Assembly: GCA_965153455.1 (NCBI GenBank)
Contig: OZ234493.1
Location: forward strand, 36,384,213 to 36,448,212
Length of the DNA: 64,000 nt
Reading direction: 5' to 3'
From: Sphagnum compactum
Taxonomy: Eukaryota
Positions within the stretch are counted from its first letter, which is position 1. Each line of letters begins with the position of its first letter. Below the pieces are notes generated by a model that did not search any database, was not told the DNA's origin, and was given only the letters and a program-made list of their open reading frames with translations. The position numbers and the translations under genes are program-made. Shown one piece after another: positions 26,915 through 37,560 of the stretch.

Positions 26915-27442
26915 ATGAGCTTGATGAAGCAGCTCATGATCAGCATTGGAAGAAGAAGAACCACCACCCAGTTTGTTGTTACTGTTGCTTTTGCTCAGCT
27001 TCCTGGACAGTTGATGGCTCAGAGATCATGGAGCTTCATCAAGTTGCTGCTACTGCTGCTAATCCTATTGCTGCTACTGTTTTTTGTAGGCCGTCTAGCT
27101 GGAAGAAGAAACCACCTTCAAGTTGTCATGGTTGTTACTACAGCAGCTGCATCTGTGGTCGACGACAATGACGTAGCAGCATTATGGGCATTCAAGCAAG
27201 GAACTACATGGCAAGGAGCAGATCCATATCCAGATTGGGTGCTAGCAGCTCCTGACATGCAAGGACCATGTCACTCGATAGGAGTTACCTGCAACAGCTT
27301 GGGGCAAGTCTCAGGAGTGAGTCTTCACCAACTGGGTCTTTCTGGCACTCTGACTCCCAAGCTTTTCTCCATCACAACTCTGTAGCATCTGGATCTGAGC
27401 TCCAACTCCTTCACAGGAACAATCCCAACCGAAATTGGAAAT
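26915..27442 (+). pseudogene. Captured 5' fragment of an LRR receptor-like kinase/protein (signal peptide, LRRNT cap, first LRRs) inside the Helitron
   Basis: Hydrophobic leader FIKLLLLLLILLLLLFFVG; cap DVAALWAFK..DP..W..PCHSIGVTC; then [44 protein letters not shown] (plant-specific LRR consensus). One TAG at 27383-27385. Confidence 0.88.
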
Positions 27443-27563
27443 TCCAAACCGAAGACAGAGGGTGAGTATGTGCCTACACAGAGCCCAGAAGATAACAGCC
27501 ACTACAAAAATGCGCAGGACAACCGCCGCTTCATGATCTATGTGCATGCCAAGATGATGATTG
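27443..27563 (+). pseudogene. Captured phospholipase D (C2-PLD alpha/delta-like) exon fragment ending in the second HKD motif, with splice donor
   Basis: Translates [40 protein letters not shown], then G|GTGAGA at 27563/27564. This matches the recalled plant PLD consensus GEYEP.E.P..DY..AQ..[16 protein letters not shown]. Confidence 0.88.
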
Positions 27564-29903
27564 GTGAGAGACTTGAATGTCTATTTTCCAGCTTTTCAAC
27601 TGCGTTTCCACTCTAGAAGGGCATGAAGATGTCTTAAAAAATTCATTTTCTGCAGTCTAGAATCGACTCTTTGGTTGATAGACTACCATATACTCACGGA
27701 AAGCTCAAGTGGGTTAATCTTTCATAGTTTGTTACTCAAAGAGAAATTTCAAATTTGGAAGCTAGTCCTGGAAGGGAGTTGATCATCTGGAAGACTAACC
27801 CACTCTTCTTTGAACTCCATTGCCACCACTTCCCTCTAGGCGCTTCCACGTACTGCCTTAAAGTTGTTCATCTCTTACTTTTGAGCTCCTTTGGTGTGAC
27901 GATCCCCCATAAGATGTCTCCTCTCTTCGGTAGCTTCGGACTGGTACCTTTCTTCTCTGTGCCTCCATTTGGTTTCTGTTGTTGCTAGCCCTCCATCGCT
28001 CGCTCTGCTAAATTCATGCAGACCACACAAAAATAATTTCGCAGTGCTAAAACAAACTGGGCTAACAGAATCACATGAACATGTGGATAAACTGCTGACG
28101 CCGCCATGAGTCGTCATCCTCCTCCCGTTCCATCATCTTCTTCTTCCGGGATGAGAAACTTGGATGGATAGATGACGGGACGAATGGATGGAAAGGACGA
28201 CCACTCAAGGATATTATATAAGGATATTATATAAGTAGATACACATTGCAATTGAAGTTCATTGAACAAGCATGTAAATTGTATCGATCGTTCAAACCAC
28301 TAGTTAATCAGTCCTTTGTTTTTTGGTATGGAGTGTCTTATTTCTTTTCTCTAATTGTTGCCTTAAAGATCTTTATAACCTTATCTTTAAGTCATTTCTT
28401 GATTCTATTCAAGTTGGTCTAAATTGCAAGTACATGAAACACAAGAATGGGAAATTTCTCATACTTATAAGACTTTAACAAGGAAGAATGAAAGTTACAA
28501 TTGATTATAAGCATGGCAATTGAGACCAAATAATGAATTCTGCCTCCTTTTTGGAATAGATAATTGTTGAAGAAGGAGAATGGTGTTACACAAAGTCTGA
28601 TGTCGGAATATGTGCCAATTATTCATCAGATATTTGGAATGACTAGACTAGGATGAGAGATCATGCAATGCAATGTAGGAAATGTGGGGGTGCATATGAT
28701 TATGGAGATAACAAGCTTTTATCATAGCAAGGTATAAGAAAGTATAATACACAAATTTCATTGCAAATTGGCTTAAATATGTGGAACTTCATGCAGATTG
28801 TGGTTTTCACATGGCAATAGGAGGAAAGCCTGATAAAACAAACACAGATTGAGCGTTGTAATGCAGAAATTGAGATCTTTGATTAACACGTATCAAAATT
28901 CAATTGCTGCAACAAGATTTGGTCAATTTCAACAGCTGCACAGCAACGACAGCAGCAGGGCTCTTGTATATAGTTCCGTTCTTTCAACCAAAGAAAGAGG
29001 AACCTGATTGCCAAAATGCTTCTCACAGACACAGAGACCTATGAAGAAGTCAGCCTGCATGAAAAAGCTGCTCAGCTTTTGACAAGATAGCAGCTCAGCT
29101 TTTGACAAGATTGCAGCTCATCTAATGGAAGCTGGCTGGCAGTCTGTGGTCCAGATGTCCAGACTCCAGACATTCGTCAGTTTCCCCTTCCCCTATTGCA
29201 CACTTATCCTCACTGACTGAGCTGCAAAGGATGGTTCAATTTCCTAGAGATCAGGCATTTGTGAATAGAACCTGTGACAATTTGTGCAATTTGAATCTCT
29301 TGCTCCAGATCAATTTGTGACTAGGTATAGGTACCCACTATCCACCCTCTTAGGAACGGCGTACTAGGTTAGGCAAAAGTACGCGATGAACACAAATAGT
29401 TGAGAATAGAAATTCTGCCCCGCCAAATGAGCTGATGCAGCAATGCACCCAATAGATCCAGTTTTTTTTATTTTGAGGAGGGTGGGGGCTGTTGGTTTCT
29501 TTGAATATTTTTGGTTCTCAATGTGTTCCCATCAAGTCCCCACTGTGTTCACATCAAGTTCCCAATGTGTTCTCAGCAGGTTCACCAAGTTCCTAATGAG
29601 TTCCCTAATATGTTCCCAAAAGCACCTCACTTTATCCCATAGGCTTTGCCCAGCAATGTCCTCTTGGAACCGATATACCTGGGCCAATATTGAGATTTCG
29701 CTACTCCCCTTGCTTCTAGTAAAAATTTGAAAGATTCAGGACGTTTCAGTGGAGCAAATCAAAGAGAGTCCTTGCAAGAAAAAATCTGAACTTCAAATTG
29801 CTGCTCCAGAACAGCATTTGTATGTGTCTATTGTCTCCTCCTCCCACGCATTTTCTGATTAATGAGTAAAGGGGCGTTTGTTGTTTCCCCTCCACACTTG
29901 TGG

Positions 29904-29930
29904 CTCTCTCTCTCTCTCTCTCTCTCTCTC
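29904..29930. repeat. (CT)n microsatellite
   Basis: About 13 CT units, read directly. Confidence 0.95.
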
Positions 29931-31063
29931 CTGAACAGGATTTGTAAATAGAACCTGTGACGAGTTGTTGCACTTGAATCTGCTGCTCCTATACCCAAAA
30001 CCTGGAGTATGTCATCGGGAGGACAACAGTGAGTACACAGACAAGGTTCCAGTCTCCTCAGAAATGAGATGCTTGCTGAGCTTTCTTGCATTTTGATTAG
30101 GAATTCATGGTACTTTTATTTTCTCTCTTGATGAGATGAGGTGTTTAGGGTTTAGGGGAGAATTTGGTGTGGAGGTGCATTGGATCATGATATTGCTGCC
30201 AATTGGATTTGCTGCACAAACTTTTTGAACTCAGATGCTGCTGATTTCCAACAAAGGTTTGTCTTGTGACCCAATTGCTAATGTTCATGAAAGTGGACAT
30301 AACTGCACTCATTCTAAATTCTCTTAGCTTTGGTTTTGTCTGGCAAACCCGTGTTTTCAAATACATAATCTGACTGAAAGAATGGCTACCTTTCAAAAGT
30401 TGTTGTTATGGAGTACTCTCCACAATTTCTGTTATCTCTTTTTCTTGGATGACAGTTGATATTAACTTACTGCATATCATAGTTGGGTTTTTTGTATCTA
30501 GAATATGAAAGCATTCTGTTGTGTAAATTTGTTCAAGTGTCAGATTTCAAAGATTGGTTCAGGGTTTAGGACACAGCACCAGAAGCCCTGAAAGATTTGC
30601 TGTTTCTTTACCATTAGCCAATGTTTGAAGTTCGCTTCATTTTGATAATTTTATTGATTCTTGGGGTAGTTCCGAATGGTCATATACTTAATCTTATTGT
30701 TCATTTTCCAGGACATTATCAAGTATGTCAATTCCAGTGTGGATTCAAATACCATAGCCAAGGCTCGCTAGGTACTAATTAATTACTTTTTGAAATTTCC
30801 AAGTTTTGAAAATATGTGCCTGCAATGGCAAAAATCTGAATGAAGCTCTCAAGTACAATATGTAGCTTCATTATTTAATATAATATCAAATTATAAATTA
30901 TTTCTATTGCTGAACATAACTGATTTTTAAAAATAAAATTAGGCACCTAAGCCCTTGCTGCCGAACCAGCCCTAGGTGGTAGGGTACTACAGGTAGACAG
31001 AATTCAAGTCCTTCTGAAGAAATATAGAAACCTAGATTAACACCAAAAACCAATCTGACTCGA

Positions 31064-31428
31064 TAAAGTTATCAGTAAAGTCACCCTGTCTTCACCCTGT
31101 CTTTGGGCCTGCTTTCACCCCCTTTCCTCTCTTTCAGTGGTATCTGCAAAGTAAGGAAAATTTATTAAATCTCAGTATGAAATGCTGAAACTCAGCATTT
31201 AATGCACAAGGTTCGAAAGTAATTATAGTAGTTTTACAGGTAGGAGCAGTGAAAACATATGTAACAGCAGTGGAGCGCTCAGGAAAAAGAAAGACAAGAT
31301 GAAACTCAGTTTACCACCAAAATTGGTGGAAAAACTAGTTTGGGTCCCAGTTATTTTGCATTGTAGAAATTTGATTCCCAGTTATGCGTTTGATGCCCTA
31401 TACTGCTGAAACTGGCCGTTCTCGCCCT
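31064..31428 (+). repeat. Dispersed ~350-bp repeat; second copy inverted at ~57234-57578
   Basis: Shares blocks such as GAAATGCTGAAACTCAGCATTTAATGCACAA and GATGAAACTCAGTTTACCACCAAAATT with the reverse complement of 57234-57578. Confidence 0.85.
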
Positions 31429-31863
31429 GCAATCGTGAGACTTTAGGGATCACTCTAGTACTTGAAAACTGCAGACATGTTTCCTTCTGCTCTCCTTTGA
31501 CCAACTGGGCACTTGTTTTTATAGGATCTTTGTTGCTTTCCAACCTAATGTTTCAGGCTTGCACAACCCATGTGCATCAGTTGCAACAAGCAGTGACTGT
31601 GTACCTTGTGGCAGGTTCAAAACTTCAAACCAGGGATGGTTTAAAAGGGAAATGTTCCATTTGAAGTTCAGAGAAAATTAACTCACACTTTGAGGGATTT
31701 CTTACTGGGGTTTTAAATTGTGATTCATCAAGTGTGAATGCACCATAAGGTTGTCAAGTTATCAGTTTCTTTCACAAACAAAATAGAAGAAACTGGATGG
31801 TCACATATTTTTCACACAAAAAAAGTTCTTAAGTTCTCAAAATTTTCCCAGAAACCCCAAATA

Positions 31864-32180
31864 AACAAGGGGTGTGTCACACCATGGCCTTGCCATTTAC
31901 ATTAAAAAGTATCTTAAGGCAAAAGAAGAATTATGGAAACTCAAATATTTCACCATAGCAAAAATATAATCTTCAAAAAGTCCTCTAAATCCTTCAAGAT
32001 ATTACAACTCTGTAACTAATCTCAAGTTTCAACACAAGCCAAAATATCACCTTTCAAAAATCCTCATATAAAAATAGACCTGTTATTACCTAGGGGCTAA
32101 AATCCCTTGAGCTACTATACTCTATAATGAATCTAAACCCAATATCCTTGCCTTGGTAGGCAAGGCCAATAAACTACAAT
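31864..32180 (+). repeat. Dispersed ~320-bp MITE-like repeat; second direct copy at ~40078-40432
   Basis: Near-identical to 40078-40432 (CAAGGGGTGTGTCACACC..TGGCCTTGCCATTTACATTAAAAAGTATCTTAAGGCAAAAGAAGAAT...). Short inverted repeat TGGCCTTGCC (31885) / GGCAAGGCCA (32159). Confidence 0.88.
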
Positions 32181-33959
32181 TATTTCAAAGCAAGGAACAA
32201 TGCATGAATAGTGCACACTGACATCAAAAGCATGGGTCCTAACTCTATGCAAGAAATAATGCCATGTGAACACAACTCTTGACATGCACAGCTTGACAAC
32301 ACCAGTGCTTGAAAGCTGGTCCTGCTGGTCCTTAGACCAATAGTGCAATTTAAGGGCCACTTTACTTGACATTTCAAGGTCCAGAGTCAAATGAAATAGA
32401 GCAATCCTATCGGAAGGGAGTCATAAATTGGACCCATGACTTTTAGACAAGGGTCCAAGACCAAAAAGTGGCAAATCAAGGCTAAACATACACACCACCA
32501 TTTTTTTTGAAGGGAAAATGAATTGGTTTGAACAAACAAAAAAGAATTAAGAAGGAGATAGCTCATGATTTGAAGAACTAAGGTGCAAGCTAAGGTCAAA
32601 GGCAAGGTCCAACTCAAGGATTCAATTTGCTTCAAATGAGTCCAAATTGGTTCCTAGGAAATTGGACCCTGGATCCCTGTCTAAAGGGGTGCTTACACTG
32701 TATGTGCACCCTAACCTCCAAGTCCCATGTGTTGATTTCACATTTCCCCAATTGATTAGCTTAAATGAAACAAAAAAAAAAAGAAAAAAAAGTGAAAACC
32801 TAAATGCCTAATTTCATTGAAATTCCAAATCCATTGCCAATCATGAGCATAGACCATGGTAGAGTTTTCCATCATTTAATAAATATTAGGCAGCAAAAGT
32901 CCCTAACTTGGTAGGCAGGCACCATAGTAACTTTATAAACTAAAATTGCAACCCATCAAATAGGTCTAGTGCAAACAACCAAACTCAGGACTCTTTTTTT
33001 TGTGGCTAAAAACTGCTAAATGGCTACCTCAAATTTGACCCTGCTTTCTCCAAGCCTTTTAATTATTATTATTTTTTTAATAAGTCAAAATTTGTTTTTC
33101 TGTCAAAACTCAGCATTCAAACAACAAGGTAGCCAATCCACCCCTCATATTGGCATCACCATTCCAGCTCTCCTCACCCAGGAGCTTTTCGCCTCCTCTA
33201 CTCTTGCTCATATCAATTTGTCACCAATGTGATAGCTCCATTTCACTTTGCAAGTATTTTGCGTAGGAAATTTAGGAACCGATGTAGTTAGTTCATTATG
33301 GATGTTGATATGTATTTGTAGATTTGTAAAAGTGCAATCAGATTTTTTGAGTTGTTTTTGCTTATGCTGTGTGATTTGGAAATTGCAGCTATGCTTGAAT
33401 TTTAAGACTCAAGTTGATGGTGGAGGTTGTTAGTTTGGTGAATGGATCTTTAGTATTTATTGAGAAATTTGGGGGTTACATTGATTTCAAGATCTTGTGT
33501 TTAAGGTGGTCATTGATTGTTGGGGAGTTTGGGACTCGAAATTTGGAAGTGACAATGCACAAGTCGACAATTGATATCAAAATTAAGAGTTTAAAAAGTT
33601 TGTCTTTTATTCATGCAAAAGTGTGCAGACTTCATTCTTTTTATTGTTATGTTTCATTATGTATGTGGATTGTGTGTGTGAATTGTTGCAAGTTGTCACT
33701 AGGCTTTTTAATTTTTGGCTAGGGAAGAAGTTACACATTACACAATGCATAATCATAGTATGATGTTTCTTTTATCATTTTCAAAAACCTTCAAGTTCAA
33801 GCTAATATTCCTTATTGTTAATGTTGGCGTTGATGTTGTCATTCATGTTGAAATTGTTGTTATTGATTTTGAATGGGATGCTTCCCAAACTATTATTGTT
33901 GATCTAGTAAAAGATTTTGTAAATCTAAAACATATTCATGAAGGGTCCAAACACTTGTG

Positions 33960-36900
33960 GTAGCTACTAGAAATGATGTGCACTAAGTATGTTGTATGAT
34001 GTGTTTTAAAGTAAAAGGCAAAGAAAAGTTTTTGGTTCCTAAGATTTATAATCTATTGAGTCATACAAATAAGCACAAAGACAAGGTTGCTAGTGTCAAC
34101 ATTGAGGCAAGTTCTTTTTACTTTGAAACCCTAAATGTCAACATGCATGTAATGAACAAATATACACAAACTTTAAGTGTCCTTTTGATTTTAAATTTGG
34201 TTGTTCTTGAGTTTCCACAAGAAAAATAAAATAAAATTTGTTAAGTTTGTTATGTCTATCATTTGTTGTCTAGTGGCTAAGCGATCATTAATTTTGAGAG
34301 TTTGAAAGAACTTTTTTGTGTGCTTAAGGTCAAGGACATTCCTAAAAAAAACTTGAGTGACTTTACAAGTTGAGGTATAACAAAATCCATTAATGAATTA
34401 TTATTGGAATTTGCACAAAATCTTGTTGTTGCAAATTTCTTATCTATCATTGTGGATGAGGTCATTGCAATTGACAACATTTTTTGGATATCCCTTCATT
34501 TGTATGTTCTTCAAAGTTGGAAACAAATTCCACTTTAGTTTTGTGAGAGAAAAGTTAGTGTGCAAGGGATTGTTTAGAATGTTTTCCAGTTGATGGTCAC
34601 ATTTGCGGGTTTGAATATTGAATAATTGAAAGCAATGTTCATATCAATGGGTTGTGATGGCAACAACATGTTCCAAGGTGCAAGAGCTAGTGTGATTGCA
34701 TCGATGAAAAAGAATGTGGTTCCATTCTTGATGGGAGTGCATTACTTTGCCCATTGAACGACCTTTGCAGTTTTATAAAAACTAATTTTGGTGGTTTGCT
34801 TGGAAGCCCTCCTTGAAGGTTTATATGGTGTTTTTTTTAATTTGCCTAAAACTATTTTAGAATTTCAAAAGCTATGTGACGTGTTCACATAAAAATAAAA
34901 AAAATGTTTAGGAATGTGAAGACAAGATGGGTACTTATATTGTCTCCTATAAAGCACATCACGGAACAATATCTACTTATATAATATCCTTGGGTGGTCG
35001 TCCTTTCCATCCATCCGTCCCTTCATCCGTCTCGACATCCATCCATCCAAGTTCCTCATCCCGGAAGAAGAAGATGATGGAAGAGGAGGAGGAGGAAGAA
35101 TGGCGGCAGCAACAGTTTATCCAAATGTTTATGCGATCCAATCCTGTAGTCTTGCAATTTGCCAAAAGCTACAAACTAATTTTTAAAAACTAAAAATTGT
35201 TGAAAAAAAAATGAGAAACGAGAAAAGAAATCTTTTGAAGACAACACAAGAAATTTCAAATTAAAAAAGAAGAAAACAAGTTATTAATAAATAAATAAAA
35301 TGAAACAAAGTTGTAACAAAAAAGAAAAAAACAGAACAAATATATATTTTTCAAAGGGAAAAAACTAGAAAAAAAATAAAAACAAAAAACACTTTAACAA
35401 TTAGAAATTTTTAAAAAACATTTTAAAATAGAAACAAAATATGAAACATATGCAACTATTATTACTTTATGTTTGTATATATTTATGCAACATATTCAAA
35501 CATTATCGTGCATCTAATTGTTTGTAACAATAAAACATATAAAATAAATATATTTAAACATGAAACAAAAAGGGAAATATAGTAAAATAATCTTAAAAGA
35601 AAATCAAAAAATAGATGACAAAAAATAAAAAACAAAACAGTGAGCAAAAGAAAGAGAAAAAAAACCATACTTGAAAAAAAAATGAGGTTTGTCTTCTTTT
35701 TCCAAACTTCAAACCTGCATCTAATCAAACAAAAATACAAAAGTTTTTAAAAATTATTTTCATTATAAAACATATTAGAAAAACTAGAATTCTTTTGAAA
35801 AAGAAAATAGAAAAAATAAATAAATAAATAAATAAATATAGAAAAAAATGAAGATAGACAAAATAAGAATAGAAAAAATAAAAACATGAAACAAACATAA
35901 ACAAAAAAAAAGTAAAAACGCAAAAACTATAAAAAAGGAACGGAAACAAATGAAACAAGGAAAGGGAAATACAATAAAATAATTTTAAAAGAAAGAAAAA
36001 ATTTAAATGAAGAAACCAAATAAAGAATAAAAAAAATAAAAAATAAAACTTATAATAATGAAGAAAAACCCTACTTGAAAAAGAATGAGGTGTGTCTTCT
36101 TTCTCCAAACTTCAAACTTGCATCCAAATAAACAAAAATATAAAAGTGAAAAAGAAACACTTTATTTTATTATACAAAATAATAATAAAAACAGAAAACA
36201 CATAAAAATAAAAAATATAAAAGATAAAAGTTTCTAGAAAAAATTAAAACATGAACCAAGTTTGAAGAAACCGGGGACTTCACAGTGCCCGAAGGTCACG
36301 CGTACCCACTAGGTAATGTTTTAGGTGTCTGTCTGTCTGATCGTCCTCCTTGGGGGTAAGGGGGTTAGGGTTAGCACGCCCTTCAAAATTTAGCACGCTC
36401 ACATGTTTAAAAAGAAGAAAGCTTGGAATCTGCCCAAATCCTCCACAAATCTTGGCAATTTCAAAACCTGTTTTTTTTCTCCTCAAAATGTGCCGATTTC
36501 AAAACTCTTTTTTTTCACCCTTTTGGAAATGTGGCGATTTAGTTTTGTTTTTGGAAATTTTCCAAAACACTCGCTTCACCATGTATGTTTTCATGGGGGA
36601 CTTTTCAACGGATTTTCGCCACAAAAAATAAATAAAATAAAAATAAAATTAGCTGCTTTGATTAAACTTGCCCAATTTCATGAAGTAGAGTTCCATCATT
36701 TCTATTATGATCCTTATAATAAAATTTTTGACCCAACTTTTGATGAGTTGAATGTTCTTAATATGCTCACCAACAAGAATATGTCAATGATTTTGTGTAT
36801 AAACTTTAATGGTGAAAATTTTGACTACCTTGTTATTGAAGTTTTTAATGTTAAATGCTTTGTGACAATGTTGTTTTAAGCAAGCAATGCATTAAGTTAT

Positions 36901-37560
36901 GAAATTTGTATTGAAGTTAATTTCTCATTAGTGTTAGCTTGTGTGAAACAAAGTTGTGAAAATTTTGCCAAGTTTCTTATCCTTGTACTTCAAGACAAAG
37001 TTTTGGGCCATGAAATCATGTTGGCATTAAGTGTAATCTATCCAAATTTTTGGTTGATCATCCCATTGATGTTAAAGATTTTTTCCACCAACATTTGATT
37101 GTCATCAAGGTTGCCTATTATGGGCCTCACAAGGTGCGAAGGAATAGGGTACAAGTGAAAGGTTTGCTTGATGGCCATGCTTTGAATTTACAATGTTTCT
37201 TTTGAAAGATGACAATTGTTACAAATAATGAAGCAATCATGAAGGAGAATTCTCTTGTGAATCTTATCACTTGATTATGGGTCAAGTTTAGCTCTTTGCT
37301 ATCTTCAAACATTAGTTCTTAAAATTCATAAAGCTTGTTGAGATAACATGTGTTCAAATCCTTGGGCCTATGGATGATGAGTGTTGGTTCTCAATAATGA
37401 CATTCATTAAGAATGTTGAAAAATTGTCTCACTTGTCATTTGGATTTGTGCAAAAAAAATTATACACAAAATTTTTACACAATTGAAAACTTCCTTTTTG
37501 ACAAGGCCATCACTCAATGAAAGGACACAAAGACATGCTACTATGTTCAATATTTATTGT
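33960..37560 (+). pseudogene. Highly decayed hAT-superfamily (ZNF862-like) DDE transposase, interrupted by a non-autonomous Helitron
   Basis: Fragments: KVKGKEKFLVPK; FLSIIVDEVIAIDNIFWISLHLYVLQSW (first D); SMGCDGNNMFQG..GVHYFAH (second D and CxxH-like); NVKTRW; C-terminal VQILGPMDDECWFS..F (E motif/dimerisation region). Many stops and frameshifts; boundaries approximate. Confidence 0.7.
34972..36312 (+). mobile_element. Non-autonomous Helitron (1341 bp) of the same family as 21601-28239
   Basis: Starts A|TCTACTTATATAATATCCTTGGGTGGTCGTCCTTTCCATCC, with ~170 bp shared with the large element's 5' end. Ends GGGGACTTCACAGTGCCCGAAGGTCACGCGTACCCACTAG. The interior is A-rich and non-coding. Confidence 0.9.

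Larger units (their letters stand above)
21601..28239 (-). mobile_element. Full-length Helitron (rolling-circle transposon), 6639 bp, with a decayed RepHel gene and captured host gene fragments
   Basis: The minus strand starts TCTACTTATATAATATCC at 28239 and ends ...GACTTCACAGTGTCTGAAGGTCACAGGTACCCTCTAG at 21601, with a subterminal hairpin. It is flanked by A and T (A|T target, no TSD). Both ends match the independent copy at 34972-36312. Confidence 0.93.

Noticed and set aside
29321-29345. GGTACCCACTA resembling the Helitron 3' end
   Set aside because: It ends CTAT rather than CTAG, lacks the upstream hairpin, and has no matching 5' end.
35483-36108. Phe-rich membrane-protein-like ORFs
   Set aside because: Artefacts of the A-rich interior of the non-autonomous Helitron.
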